Positions 48,606-59,270 of a stretch of DNA of 64,000 nucleotides are shown piece by piece (position 1 is the first letter of the stretch; the number at the start of each line of letters is the position of its first letter). Made by a program: the position numbers and the translations under genes. Source of the stretch: an uncultured delta proteobacterium (GTDB lineage: Bacteria > Desulfobacterota > Desulfobacteria > Desulfobacterales > B30-G6); the NCBI GenBank assembly GCA_963823335.1, contig CAWGLD010000001.1, forward strand, positions 1,440,001 to 1,504,000, given 5' to 3'. Below the pieces are notes generated by a model. That model did no database searches. It was not told the origin of the DNA and worked only from the letters and a program-made list of their open reading frames with translations.

Positions 48606-50955
48606 ACCACCAGTAAACTTTTTCACCGCTGATAAAAGGTTTGATCTGATCTTTGGTGTGTGGATGAAACAAGCGTCCGCTCACACCCCCCGGCAGCACC
48701 GCCAGGACCTTGTCCGGGTCGCCCAGGTCGGCGACCATGCGCATGGAATCAGAGACGGTGACATCGAAGGGTTTGTTGAAGTCATAGTAATTGCGCAACA
48801 GCGTCTCGGAAGAACCGCTCACCGGAATTCTGCCACTCCCCAGCAATCCTTTGGCGAAGCCTTCCCGCCGGATGGGGCTGACATGTTCGATGGCGTGTAT
48901 TTTTCCCCAGGCCCACTTGTCAGTTGAGGCACCCATGTCAGCTTTTAGCTGGAGCGCGGCCTCACGGCCTGCCCGCAGGAAAAGATCGTCCCGGGACTCT
49001 TTTTTGTGTTCCGTGGAAATGTCATCGAACCAGGGGGAATCATTTTCTTGCACCATTTCAAGCAGTTTTTCCTGCCAGAAATACCAGTTGTCCAGCAGCG
49101 CCCCGCTAAGGTCCTCACCCAGTTCGTCCTGAAGGGTCATCAGTGCAAACAATCGGTAGGTGGACTGGAAAATGGCCGGGCCGGCCTGGTCGGCATCGTC
49201 ATGAAAATTCCATTCAGAAAGGATGCGGGCCATCTCGGTGGTTTCCTGGTGGCCCTCCAGGGCGCGGGCCATGATGGGCGCGATGGTCTGTGCCATAAGA
49301 TTCAGGGTGTCCCGCTGATATTGCCAGTGATCTTCAGGCGTTTTCGGACCCGGCTGTTCCAGAAGCTGTTTCAGACGCCGGTATCGAAAGGAAGACGCTG
49401 CGTGAGAAGAATAGTAATAAGGATAGTCACTCGGGGGGGTGTAATGATTGCAGGTCCCAATCCAGCCCTTATCCGGGTTGACAGCCTGGGGCATCTCTTC
49501 GAAGGGGATCCATCCCTTCCAGTTGTCGCTGCTCCCTGAAACCACGTAAGGAAGGGTACCGTCTCTCTGTTCCCGGATTGGCAGTTTCCCGGAGGTCTGC
49601 CAACCGATGTTGCCATCCACGTCTGCAAAAACGTAGTTGAGCATGACGATGTTGAGATCTTTGAGGGAGGAGCGGATTTCGTCAGCAGACCGGGCATACA
49701 ACAGGCTGGCCAGACCGATATTTGGTTGGATGGTCTCGAAAGGTGCCCACCGAAGAGAAAGGATCTTGTCGGTCTTGAGCTTGGGAAAGATATCGGACAC
49801 CACCGGTCCCCGGTGGGTCATGCGAATTTGAATGGTTTCCTGACGAATGCCGTCGGGGGCCTTTTTATCCTTGATGGAGAGATTTTCTTCAAGAACACTG
49901 AAGGGAATCGAGAGCTGTCCCTCCAGGTAATGATCCGGGTTTTGAGGGTCCACGGTCTCCACATACAGATCCTGGGCATCGCCGTAGGAATTGGTAACAC
50001 CCACGGCGACATGCGTGTTACGAAAGACGATCATGCCGCCTAAACCCGGGAAGCCGGTTCCCACAACACGAAGATCAGGCGTTATCAGTGCACAGGGGTA
50101 CCACGGGCCGGGTAAAATCCGGGCATCCAGGTGGGGGTCGTTGGCCAGTATGGGTTTACCACCTGAGGAAAACCGGGAGGAGATTACCCAGTTGTTGCTG
50201 CCGATTTTAAGGGGACCGTCGGAGAGAAAATGCTTTATCTGCGAATCCGAGGCCAGGCCGAGAGACTTTTGCAGCACATTCAGAGCATATTCGTTCCGGA
50301 GATTTTCAGACGGATCATCCGGGTTGATATTGAGGGGGAAAAGGCTCGTGGCTTTTTCAGGACCCATGGCATCCACCAGCATCTGGGCGATGATTTCCGT
50401 CTTGAGATTGGCTGCGGAATTCCAGCTCAAGAGATAAGCCAGGGACAGGGAATCCTGGACGGTCCATTTTGTAGGCGCGATACCGGCTAGGCTGAACTCG
50501 AGGTGGTGGGTGTCCTGGCGGGTTTCGATGTAGGCGTTGACACCGTCGACGTAGCGCTGAAGCAGGCGTCGGGGTTCCGGTGCCAGGATGGCGGCCTGTT
50601 GTTTTGCATGTCGAAAAAACCCAAGGGTACGCATGCGGATATCTAATGCCCGGGCTTTTTCCCCGGCGAGTTCGCAGATCCTTCCCTGGGCAAAACGCCG
50701 GGTGACCTCCATCTGGAACAACCGGTCCTGGGCGGTGACAAAACCGTGGGCCATCATGGCGTCATCTCTGTTCTGGGCGTAGATATAGGCCATGCCTTTT
50801 TCGTCCCGCAAGACCTTTACGGGCGCATTCAGGCCGGCCAGATTCAGTTCGCCGCTGTCCTGATAATCGTTCAGAAAAGAACAGCCCCAGAGAAATGTGC
50901 AACTGACGACGAGCAGTACGACAACCTGGGTCCTGATTTGATTTTTGATTCGCAT
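48550..50955 (-). CDS. Penicillin acylase family (Ntn hydrolase), probable lipoprotein
   Basis: AQDRLFQME, GSNNW, LANDPHL and THRGP motifs; LWGC possible lipobox. Confidence 0.93.
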   Translation of the reverse strand: MRIKNQIRTQVVVLLVVSCTFLWGCSFLNDYQDSGELNLAGLNAPVKVLRDEKGMAYIYAQNRDDAMMAHGFVTAQDRLFQMEVTRRFAQGRICELAGEKARALDIRMRTLGFFRHAKQQAAILAPEPRRLLQRYVDGVNAYIETRQDTHHLEFSLAGIAPTKWTVQDSLSLAYLLSWNSAANLKTEIIAQMLVDAMGPEKATSLFPLNINPDDPSENLRNEYALNVLQKSLGLASDSQIKHFLSDGPLKIGSNNWVISSRFSSGGKPILANDPHLDARILPGPWYPCALITPDLRVVGTGFPGLGGMIVFRNTHVAVGVTNSYGDAQDLYVETVDPQNPDHYLEGQLSIPFSVLEENLSIKDKKAPDGIRQETIQIRMTHRGPVVSDIFPKLKTDKILSLRWAPFETIQPNIGLASLLYARSADEIRSSLKDLNIVMLNYVFADVDGNIGWQTSGKLPIREQRDGTLPYVVSGSSDNWKGWIPFEEMPQAVNPDKGWIGTCNHYTPPSDYPYYYSSHAASSFRYRRLKQLLEQPGPKTPEDHWQYQRDTLNLMAQTIAPIMARALEGHQETTEMARILSEWNFHDDADQAGPAIFQSTYRLFALMTLQDELGEDLSGALLDNWYFWQEKLLEMVQENDSPWFDDISTEHKKESRDDLFLRAGREAALQLKADMGASTDKWAWGKIHAIEHVSPIRREGFAKGLLGSGRIPVSGSSETLLRNYYDFNKPFDVTVSDSMRMVADLGDPDKVLAVLPGGVSGRLFHPHTKDQIKPFISGEKVYWWFSDQAIQAHARTTLWLNP

Positions 50956-51093
50956 GTCTGAATAGCTCTCTTATGGCTTCGGTGTGAATAACGTTCCGAA
51001 ACTGCTTCGGCAAAGAATGTCTAACGGAACGTATTTATGTAAACTACTATAGAAATGTCCACAAGAAAATCTTCAAAAAAACGTCCCACGATT

Positions 51094-51942
51094 TCAGGCC
51101 GAAATCAAAAGGAGAGCCACCAGCGCCACCACAACGCCGCACCACTGATTGCGATTGAGTTTTTCCTTGAGAAAAAGCCAGGCCAGCGTGACGGTGGCCG
51201 CTGGAAAGAGGGAGGAGAGCATAGCGGATATATCAAGACGGCCCATGCTGGTTGCCAGGGCAAAGAACATATTGCCCAGAACATCGCAAATGCCTGCTGC
51301 CGAAACAAAGGGGAGTTGACTTCTTTGTGGGACCCGCGCATTTGAACTGGCCATGAAAAGAATTGACATCATCAGGAGCGATACGCAGCGTGTTCCCACC
51401 AGGGGCCAGAGAACGGATGTGTGACTGGCCGCGTCGATGAGAATAAAGAAAAGGCCAAAGCAGATTCCAGACAGCAGAGGTAGCGTAAACTCGGTAAAAC
51501 GATGCTTTTTCTGTACGCCTTTTGAAAAAGAGAGCAGCCAGACTGAAGAAAGCGCCAGTCCCAGTCCCAGGATCTGTGGGACCCTCGGTAAGCCCTCCTG
51601 AAAAAAGGCAAAACCGATGGGGATCAGGGCCGTAACGATGGCGGACATGGGTGCAACGATACCCATGCGGCCCCGGGAGAGACCCTCGTAGAGGGCCATG
51701 AGACCCAATACACCAAAAATACCAGCCAGTCCTCCAAAGACCATATCCCGCAGTGGCGGGAATGACCTGGAGAAAATCATTGCCAGCAGAAAGAGAAATG
51801 TGGCACCGATGAGTTGTGAAAAAAGAATCACACTGACAACACCGCTTTTCCGCGAGGCAAAGCCGGCGCTGAAATCCCCGGCCCCCCAGGCGATGGCGGA
51901 GCTGAGACCATAGGTGATAGCCAATGTTTCCGGGCCGATCAA
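51094..51942 (-). CDS. DMT/EamA family transporter
   Basis: About 10 TM segments; WGAGDF..G and LFPAATV.LA..FLKEK motifs. Confidence 0.88.
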   Translation of the reverse strand: MIGPETLAITYGLSSAIAWGAGDFSAGFASRKSGVVSVILFSQLIGATFLFLLAMIFSRSFPPLRDMVFGGLAGIFGVLGLMALYEGLSRGRMGIVAPMSAIVTALIPIGFAFFQEGLPRVPQILGLGLALSSVWLLSFSKGVQKKHRFTEFTLPLLSGICFGLFFILIDAASHTSVLWPLVGTRCVSLLMMSILFMASSNARVPQRSQLPFVSAAGICDVLGNMFFALATSMGRLDISAMLSSLFPAATVTLAWLFLKEKLNRNQWCGVVVALVALLLISA

Positions 51943-53339
51943 CGAATTTCTCCTTCCTTGCTAGAAGATCCCAGTTTGTATTTGGCAAAGACCAGAAAAA
52001 TGGACAATCCGATGACAAATGTCCAGGGGAACCATTGAAAAGATTGCATAAAGACCAGATTTTCCAGGAGTTCGGGTACGAGATGGGGGTACTTTTCTGA
52101 AATACCGGGTCTCAGCATGGTAATCAGGAACGCGTAGAGTAACCCGATCATACCGTAAAAGAGATTCATGAAAAGTCCTTTGAAACTTAAAACCGTGGCG
52201 CGCTGATGCGATTCCGTAATGTGATTCAGGTAGTGACTTACAAAGAATCCGATCATGTAGCCGCCACTGTAGAGGATAACGATTGGAATCAACCCGTAGT
52301 GCGGTTTGAAAACAGTCATGCCGTAAAGACCGACAATGGTGGTGGTGCTGACCACCAGCAGATTGAACCGGGGCGTGTGTTGCTCGACCATTTTCATGGC
52401 TATGCGCGGTATGATGATACCTATCAGGGCCATGCCGGAACCGATGATGCCGAACAGGGCTTCGGGGATCTCGATCAGCCGGTAATATTGGCTGGCGAGC
52501 GTGCCTGCCATACGGATGATGCTGTCAAAAAGGAACCCTGCGGCGATGATGACCATGGCAAAGGGGGTCTGCAGTATCCATTTCCCGGCGCCCACTGTCT
52601 GCAAGACAATTTCTCTGACAGTGAGTCTGCAGGTTTCCAGGTCACTGCATTCGTCGCTCAATAGAGACGATTGTGGGTCTGCCATGCATAGGGTCGAATA
52701 TAAGGTCAAGAAGGCCATGATAAGGGTCAGGTATATGGGGAATCGGAGGGTGACATCCTGGGTCAGGGAGACCTGCCATCCGATCCAGCCCATCAGACGC
52801 TGCATAAACACCGGATCATAGACAGCCGCTCCCACAGCCATGGCGAAAATGCGTCCAATAGCGCGCATACGCATTTGCGTAGCCAGGACCTTGCTCCATT
52901 CTCCCGTCAGCCCGGCCTCCTTCAGTGAATCGAAGGCAATGGCCTCGTCAGCGCCGCTGGCGGCTGCTTCGGCGGTACCGCTCAGCACACGGTTGACCAG
53001 AAAGATGGCAAACAACAGGGTCGGGTTTCCCAGGGGGACGATGCAAAGAAGCAGCAACTCAACAATCATCAGCAGACTGGAAAAGATGAGCATGTTGCGG
53101 CGCCCCCAGATGTCCGCCAGGGCTCCGGACGGAACTTCCATCAAAACGATGGCGCCGGCCCAGACGGCATTCAGGATGGCAAACTGGGAAAGGGTGAGAC
53201 CAAAGTCGAGAAACAGAATCGTGAACACCGGGTAGTAGAACCGGGCGTTGAAAAAGACCCGGAAGGCAATGAACATGCGGATATTGTTCAAGGCAAATGG
53301 CGATGAAGGGGGTTGTGTATCATTCATGTGTCTGCTCAT
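51939..53339 (-). CDS. MFS transporter
   Basis: EVPSGALAD.WGRR, SGADEA..FDSL and RATVLSF motifs. Confidence 0.88.
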   Translation of the reverse strand: MSRHMNDTQPPSSPFALNNIRMFIAFRVFFNARFYYPVFTILFLDFGLTLSQFAILNAVWAGAIVLMEVPSGALADIWGRRNMLIFSSLLMIVELLLLCIVPLGNPTLLFAIFLVNRVLSGTAEAAASGADEAIAFDSLKEAGLTGEWSKVLATQMRMRAIGRIFAMAVGAAVYDPVFMQRLMGWIGWQVSLTQDVTLRFPIYLTLIMAFLTLYSTLCMADPQSSLLSDECSDLETCRLTVREIVLQTVGAGKWILQTPFAMVIIAAGFLFDSIIRMAGTLASQYYRLIEIPEALFGIIGSGMALIGIIIPRIAMKMVEQHTPRFNLLVVSTTTIVGLYGMTVFKPHYGLIPIVILYSGGYMIGFFVSHYLNHITESHQRATVLSFKGLFMNLFYGMIGLLYAFLITMLRPGISEKYPHLVPELLENLVFMQSFQWFPWTFVIGLSIFLVFAKYKLGSSSKEGEIR

Positions 53340-53639
53340 TAATCATGGCTACGCTGGTGTAGCGCTAAGGTTCTTTTGTCCGGTGCAGAAAAAAACAACC
53401 TCCAACATAGGCATTCATCGAAGATTTGCAATATATATGTTGAACCGTAGCGCCGTGTGCCGAACGGGTGACTTGCTGCCAAGAATCTTCAAAAATGGGC
53501 CTTGTACTCAGATGTCAGTTGTCATACTGTTTATGGGTGCAATAAGCTGTAAGCGGTATGCTTTAGCTGGCTTATGGCTAATAGCTTAAGGCTTACAGCT
53601 GTATTCCAACAAGCGGTTCCAGCACAGGGGGGCGACACG

Positions 53640-55301
53640 ATGACGAAGTTGAACGTTTTTAGACTCAAGAATGCCTTGCTTTTTGCAAATTGTATTTCAA
53701 ACGCCTTCGGTATTATAGTGATTGTTTTCATTCTCAGGGGCTTGGGTGACCTGATTACACCTGAGGTCCGGATGCTGGCCAATCGTATCCATATATTTTT
53801 TCTGCCCCTGTCCTTAATTGTTCCTATTGCCATCGCCGTGGCTTATGAAAAGCCCATCCGGCGCTACTTGGACAGGCAGTATCGAAATGAACCCGTTTCG
53901 GAAGAGTCCACGCTTCTGGTACGTCGGCGGCTTCTTAACGAACCGATTTTCTTGATTGTGCTGAATTTCATTGTCTGGCTAATCGCTGGGTGTGTCTATT
54001 CAGGGGTATTCTGGCTAAATGGTGCCGACCGGGAGTCCGTCTGGGAGGCCTTCTTTCAAAATATTTTTACCGGGATCATCACCGTAACCATCGCCTTTTT
54101 TGTGTTAGAATTCATTTTTCAGCGATGGGTGGTGAAATATTTTTTTCCGGAAGGCGGTCTGTCCGCCACGGCCAAAACCTTTCATATACGTATAAAGACG
54201 CGTTTGATGGCCCTGCTCCTGGCCATCAATATCGTACCGCTGATGGCGATCTATGGCGATGTGTCCAAAATATACACGCCCGGGACAGGTATTCATCCGT
54301 ATATCTACCAACTGGAAGAGGCTATCAAGTTTGAAGTTTTGATGTTTGTCTGTGTCGGTATCTGGGTTGTCTTTCTGGTGAGCAGCAACCTGACCAAACC
54401 GTTCAAGAACATCATCCAGGTGCTGCACAACATAAAAAAGGGAAATTTTTCCAGCCGGGTTCAGGTGACATCCAACGATGAAATCGGGTACACCGGTGAC
54501 ACCATCAATGAAATGACCCAGGGGTTGCTGGAGCGGGACAGAATTCAACAGTCTCTGTCCCTGGCCATGGAGATCCAGCAGAATCTTGTTCCAAGAAAGA
54601 ATGTAAAGACCAATGGGCTGGATATGGCCGGGCGTAGTGTCTACTGTGATGAAACCGGTGGTGATTACTATGATTTCATTCCCATGGCCGGCAATGAAAC
54701 TCCAAAAACAGGTGTTGCCATCGGCGATGTGTCCGGCCACGGTATATCGTCGGCACTGCTCATGGCAACGGTACGGGCATCCTTGCGGCAACGAACATCC
54801 TTGCCGGGGGGGCTCGCGGAAATGATATCGGATGTCAATTTTCAACTCGCCAAAGACGTTGAGTACTCCGGAGACTTTATGACCTTGTTCTTCCTGGTGA
54901 TAGACACCCTGAAGGGGCAGCTCGAATGGGTGCGCGCGGGCCACGATCCGGCTGTCATATATACACCGGAAACCGATTCATTTCAGGAACTGGAGGGCGC
55001 CGGCATGGCGCTGGGTGTGCAGGCTGACGCGTGTTATGAAGAGGTTCAGCTGCAGGGTCTGTCCAGGGGCCAGATCATTCTGCTTGGAACGGATGGCATC
55101 TGGGAGGCCCAGAACCGGAAAGGTGTGCGTATGGGCAAGGATCCCGTCTATCGGGTTATCCGTGAGCATGCTGCCGAAAGCGCACCGGAAATTCTCCAGG
55201 CTGTTTTTGACAGCCTCAAGGCGTTTCAACAGGGCGCAAAGAGAGAGGACGACATCACGGCGGTTGTCGTTAAAGCTGAAACATCGATTGGGGGTGGGTA
55301 A
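53640..55301 (+). CDS. Membrane-bound HAMP + SpoIIE/PP2C-type protein phosphatase (RsbU-like)
   Basis: About 6 TM segments, HAMP (NDEIG), GGDYYD, GDVSGHG, AGH, TDG and DDIT motifs. Confidence 0.92.
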   Translation: MTKLNVFRLKNALLFANCISNAFGIIVIVFILRGLGDLITPEVRMLANRIHIFFLPLSLIVPIAIAVAYEKPIRRYLDRQYRNEPVSEESTLLVRRRLLNEPIFLIVLNFIVWLIAGCVYSGVFWLNGADRESVWEAFFQNIFTGIITVTIAFFVLEFIFQRWVVKYFFPEGGLSATAKTFHIRIKTRLMALLLAINIVPLMAIYGDVSKIYTPGTGIHPYIYQLEEAIKFEVLMFVCVGIWVVFLVSSNLTKPFKNIIQVLHNIKKGNFSSRVQVTSNDEIGYTGDTINEMTQGLLERDRIQQSLSLAMEIQQNLVPRKNVKTNGLDMAGRSVYCDETGGDYYDFIPMAGNETPKTGVAIGDVSGHGISSALLMATVRASLRQRTSLPGGLAEMISDVNFQLAKDVEYSGDFMTLFFLVIDTLKGQLEWVRAGHDPAVIYTPETDSFQELEGAGMALGVQADACYEEVQLQGLSRGQIILLGTDGIWEAQNRKGVRMGKDPVYRVIREHAAESAPEILQAVFDSLKAFQQGAKREDDITAVVVKAETSIGGG

Positions 55302-55365
55302 ACGGGAAACCACACGCTTGGCAACGACTGTAGGCGGCAGACAAGGGTACTGGTTTACACTCGCA

Positions 55366-56190
55366 TCATCGCCAGCTCACCCTTGGGGAATTCCTCAACG
55401 GCAAGCGCTGATATCTGAGTTGGGGGTATCCCACCATCACCGCCCCGAAGGCCCGGTGCCGGGCCGGCAGTTCCAGGGCCTTAAAAAGAGGCGGGTAGGC
55501 ATTGACCGCCGAATAAAAATAGCCCCCCCAGCAGGATCCCAGACCTATCGTGGGGGCAAACAGTTCAAAGTAACTTAACGCCAGGGCGGAATCCTCGGCG
55601 CCAAACCCGTAGGTTTTGTCGCCATGGACCACAACCATGTGCGGTGCCCCCCGGCAGATTCGTTCTTGTCCGCCATCCCAGGCATTCACGACTCTGGGCA
55701 GACCCCTGAGCTGGGCCTGTTCCGGATACTGCTCGATGACCGTGCGCATCCAGTCAACCACCATTTCCGCGTATCGCCTGACATCGGCCGGGTCTTCCAC
55801 CACGGTCCAATACCAGGGCTGGTTGTTTTTTGCCGAAGGTGCATAGCAGGCAATTTCAATCAGTTTCTGCAGCTTATGGCGTTCGACCGGCCGGCGCCTG
55901 AAATTACGGATGGATCGGCGAGAGCGTATAAACTGCTCAGCCTGTTCTGCAGTGAGAACAAGATCCTTATTGAGGGGTGGCCAGGTTTCAGGGCCGAGCC
56001 GTTCCATTTGAAAGGCCCCTGTTGGGCAAACCGCCACACAGTGGCCGCAGTTCAGACAGTGGTCTTCATAATCCAATGTCCGGACGGGATGTTTTCCCAA
56101 TGCATCCAGCTGAATTACGCCGGTGGGACAGGCTTTGATGCAAATTCCGTCTTTGTCGCATTTCTCCAGATCAATCGTGAAAGATGGCAT
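55366..56190 (-). CDS. Nitroreductase family protein with N-terminal 2x[4Fe-4S] ferredoxin domain
   Basis: CDKDGICIKACP, CLNCGHCVAVCP, RRSIR, APSAKN.QP and GLGSCWGG motifs. Confidence 0.92.
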   Translation of the reverse strand: MPSFTIDLEKCDKDGICIKACPTGVIQLDALGKHPVRTLDYEDHCLNCGHCVAVCPTGAFQMERLGPETWPPLNKDLVLTAEQAEQFIRSRRSIRNFRRRPVERHKLQKLIEIACYAPSAKNNQPWYWTVVEDPADVRRYAEMVVDWMRTVIEQYPEQAQLRGLPRVVNAWDGGQERICRGAPHMVVVHGDKTYGFGAEDSALALSYFELFAPTIGLGSCWGGYFYSAVNAYPPLFKALELPARHRAFGAVMVGYPQLRYQRLPLRNSPRVSWR

Positions 56191-56370
56191 ATAGCTGACT
56201 CCTGCTTTTATCACGCAACATTAAAATTCACCCTGACGGGTACCTGATTCTTCATAAAACAGAAATAGACCATATCTATAAAAAGCCCAATTGTAAAGAT
56301 AGCGGGGACGGGTATTATTGTATTACTTAATCCCCATCCGACAACAAAATAAGCTGCAGACGGTTTGTTC

Positions 56371-56399
56371 TTGACCCGTCTTTCGCTAAGACGTATAAA
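56371..56399 (+). promoter_or_regulatory. Putative sigma70 promoter of HU gene
   Basis: TTGACC-N17-TATAAA. Confidence 0.55.
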
Positions 56400-56446
56400 C
56401 AAGGCCCCTAATTTTTGGGGAAAAAATAAAACTGGAGGTAATAGAA

Positions 56447-56719
56447 ATGAATAAAGGCGAATTGATCAATGCAGTGGCTAACGTCGTATCTTCAAAAAAG
56501 GAAGCCCAGGCTGCGGTGGATTGTGTTTTGTCAGAGATTGTGGGTGCACTGGAGAAAAATGAAGCGGTTCAGCTTGTAGGATTTGGAACGTTTAAGGTCA
56601 ACAAGAGAAGTGCAAGGGAAGGTAGAAATCCGCAAACGGGAGAGACCATGCACATTGAAGAGAAAATGGTTCCGAAGTTCGTGCCGGGAAAAGCCCTGAA
56701 GGATGCTGTAAACAAATAG
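56447..56719 (+). CDS. hup: DNA-binding protein HU
   Basis: MNKGELI, GFGTF, REGRNPQTGE and PKFVPGKALK motifs; GGAGG RBS. Confidence 0.97.
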   Translation: MNKGELINAVANVVSSKKEAQAAVDCVLSEIVGALEKNEAVQLVGFGTFKVNKRSAREGRNPQTGETMHIEEKMVPKFVPGKALKDAVNK

Positions 56720-56762
56720 CTGCTCAGTGATAACGGTATGCTGATATATGTATTTGTACCTG

Positions 56763-56801
56763 AAAACCCGATTTCCGGAAACGGATTTCGGGTTTTATTT
56801 T
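56763..56801 (+). terminator. Rho-independent terminator, probably bidirectional
   Basis: AAAACCCGA...TCCG-GAAA-CGGA...TCGGGTTTTATTTT between convergent genes. Confidence 0.7.
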
Positions 56802-56900
56802 GATAGATGGGAAAAATGGTTTACTTTTTTTGCTTGAGTTGGGTATTGTCCAACACCGTTCCTATGTTTCAATTTACCTGGAATTGAACATTTTGACTGT

Positions 56901-57707
56901 TCACAGTCTGTAGAAAGGGCGTTCACCTTTCTGCTCGTAATAGGGCATCATTTTGGGCACAAAAGTCGCAAGCTTTTTTTCTCGGTTTTCTGGAGAAGGA
57001 TGGGTACTGAGAAATTGGGGAGGACCCTTACCACCGACTTTAGCCATCTTCTGCCAGAGGGCGATCGATGCCCGGGGGTCATAACCAGCCTTTGCGGCCA
57101 GTTCAATCCCGATTTCGTCCGCTTCGGACTCTGCTGCACGACTGTTAGGTTTCTGGATCACCAGGGCAGCAGCGAGAGCCGCTCCAGTCAACGCCAGGGC
57201 CTTATTGTCGGCTGCGACAGCAACCGCAGCCACCCCAATCGAACTTGCCATGTACACCGACATTTTCTCAGCTGAATGCTTGGCCAAGGCATGGGCAATT
57301 TCATGACCAAGAACTTGTGCTAGCTCATCATCTGTTGCTTTGAGTTTTTCCACGAGACCGGTGTAAAGGGCCATTTTGCCACCTGCCATCGCCCATGCAT
57401 TGACCGTTTCCGGGTCATCAATAATTTTGATGCTCCAGCTCCAATCTTTGGTTTCGGGCCGCATTTTAATTGCCTGTGCGATTAGGCGTCCAGTAATCCG
57501 GTAAACACGATCCCTCAATGCCGGATTGTTGTCAATTTTCCCCTGCTTTTCATAGGGTTTGAGCATCTCTGTATACGCCTGCTTTGAAGCGGCAATGGCT
57601 GAGTCTTCCGAGACAATCATAAGCTGATGTCTTCCGGTAGGGCTTGTGGCGCAGGACACTATTAGAATTGTAAACAGTAGAAAGATAGCATAACGTATTT
57701 TTTTCAT
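56901..57707 (-). CDS. M48 family metallopeptidase lipoprotein (LoiP/Oma1-like)
   Basis: Lipobox IVSC, NAWAMAGG, GHEIAH, ESEAD and FLSTHP motifs. Confidence 0.9.
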   Translation of the reverse strand: MKKIRYAIFLLFTILIVSCATSPTGRHQLMIVSEDSAIAASKQAYTEMLKPYEKQGKIDNNPALRDRVYRITGRLIAQAIKMRPETKDWSWSIKIIDDPETVNAWAMAGGKMALYTGLVEKLKATDDELAQVLGHEIAHALAKHSAEKMSVYMASSIGVAAVAVAADNKALALTGAALAAALVIQKPNSRAAESEADEIGIELAAKAGYDPRASIALWQKMAKVGGKGPPQFLSTHPSPENREKKLATFVPKMMPYYEQKGERPFYRL

Positions 57708-57874
57708 ATCGACAATCCGAATTGACATTATTATGAATTCTTTGATCTATATTATTTTATTTACATTAACATTCATTAGCTCACGATAGCACCACAGCGG
57801 CTAATTGCCAATAAGATACAGTTTATCTTGGCGTAAGACAGAGAAACCTATAGACATTCTTCTCTATTAGAAGT

Positions 57875-58180
57875 CTACCAGAGACCTATATCATAAAAAT
57901 TGTATTCCGCCTTGCTTACAAGTTGTTTTTCGATGTTGTTAACCAGTTCGATCCGACGCTTGTTCCTATGAAATTTCTGCCAATACTCCAAAGATGTCCA
58001 TCTACCAATAACCACGCATTCTTCAGTGCGATCTAAGTTAAAAAATGTTTCGCCTGAAATGTATCCCGGCTGTCTGACTGCGAGAGACCTTAACTCTATT
58101 ATAAGAGGCATAAGCTCCTTTGCATCAACACCAGGCTTTGTTACACGTTTTATTAGAACTCCAATCGCCATATTTTTCAC
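57875..58180 (-). CDS. Antibiotic biosynthesis monooxygenase (ABM) family protein
   Basis: LRS.A..QPGYISGET and W.S.E.W pattern; about 100 aa. Confidence 0.8.
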   Translation of the reverse strand: MKNMAIGVLIKRVTKPGVDAKELMPLIIELRSLAVRQPGYISGETFFNLDRTEECVVIGRWTSLEYWQKFHRNKRRIELVNNIEKQLVSKAEYNFYDIGLW

Positions 58181-58337
58181 CTCTATTAAATAGATAGCCG
58201 ATATTTTCAGCGTTGTTGGAAGGCTGCAAATTTACACCAATTTCAAATATCATCGATATCACTACTTTTTTAATCCTTATAAAGTTTGAACGTGTTGGGA
58301 GTTTGTCATATGCACACGTCACATTAAAATTAGCAAT

Positions 58338-58766
58338 TTATTGTCTTTGACGAACACACCGAACATAAAGTTCAAATGCCTTCTCGTCGCTGACTAACAT
58401 ACCATTGCTGAAATCAATAGCATACGCAGCACCATCCCTTCCCTCGTATGTAGTTGCAGACCAGTAGTGTGAGGGCTTGGTTAGTGGAAACACAACCAGG
58501 TCAATCGTCATCCCGGAACTTGTTATAACTACAATCGTTTCTAGTGCCCTGATACTCGGTAAATGCCAGTCCTGCTGGTTGGCATAATCTAACTCTTCGC
58601 AGTAGGCTATTGCGGATCCCCAGTCCTTTTTAGTATCTGTTGTCTGCCAGATTAGTCCTGTGGCAGGGTCCGCAAATACCTTATCCTCACTACCTATGAA
58701 CTTTTCTGTACAACCACTCACAAAGAAAACAGATAAGATCAGTACAATAAAATTGACATTTTTCAT
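58338..58766 (-). CDS. DUF1566 (Lcl-like) domain lipoprotein
   Basis: Lipobox VSGC, D..TGLIWQ, W..A..YC, DW.LPS, YWS.T and VRCVR motifs. Confidence 0.85.
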   Translation of the reverse strand: MKNVNFIVLILSVFFVSGCTEKFIGSEDKVFADPATGLIWQTTDTKKDWGSAIAYCEELDYANQQDWHLPSIRALETIVVITSSGMTIDLVVFPLTKPSHYWSATTYEGRDGAAYAIDFSNGMLVSDEKAFELYVRCVRQRQ

Positions 58767-59021
58767 TTGCGATCCTCCTTTCTCATTTTTATGAAAGAGC
58801 ACAGAAATTTCTATTCTACTGTATAAGATTAAGGGCTAATGCAAGATTTTACGTTTTTGAAAGGTAAGAACAGACCGAGGATAGGCCAACTCAAATATAG
58901 ATTTGGAAATGAGTATCAGATCAGGTGTGATTCAGATGCGTTATAAGTTGCATACATTATTTGGATAGCGGAGTCAAGAAATGGGTTTCTCAGCGGTACG
59001 GATACATCTTTTTACATTAAG

Positions 59022-59270
59022 TTACATTTTTATCTTTTTCTCTTCTAATTCACTGATGAGTTGCTTTAGATGAAAATCCCTGGCTTCGACTTTAATCATC
59101 ATCATACTGAATGACTCGGCCATTTCTGAAAAAATATGCGGATATCTGCCGGTCTTCGATAGCTCCAATAACCTTTCGACATCTTTTTTGTCGTATTTGC
59201 CTGAAGCGATCTTTTTGAATGAAGAATTCATCATATCCAGGAGATCTAAATAGTAGCGTTCATAATCCAT
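59022..59270 (-). CDS. Small helical hypothetical protein (HAMP/coiled-coil-like)
   Basis: About 82 aa with GGAGG RBS; the segment EMAESFSMMMIKVEAR resembles the second HAMP helix. Confidence 0.55.
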   Translation of the reverse strand: MDYERYYLDLLDMMNSSFKKIASGKYDKKDVERLLELSKTGRYPHIFSEMAESFSMMMIKVEARDFHLKQLISELEEKKIKM

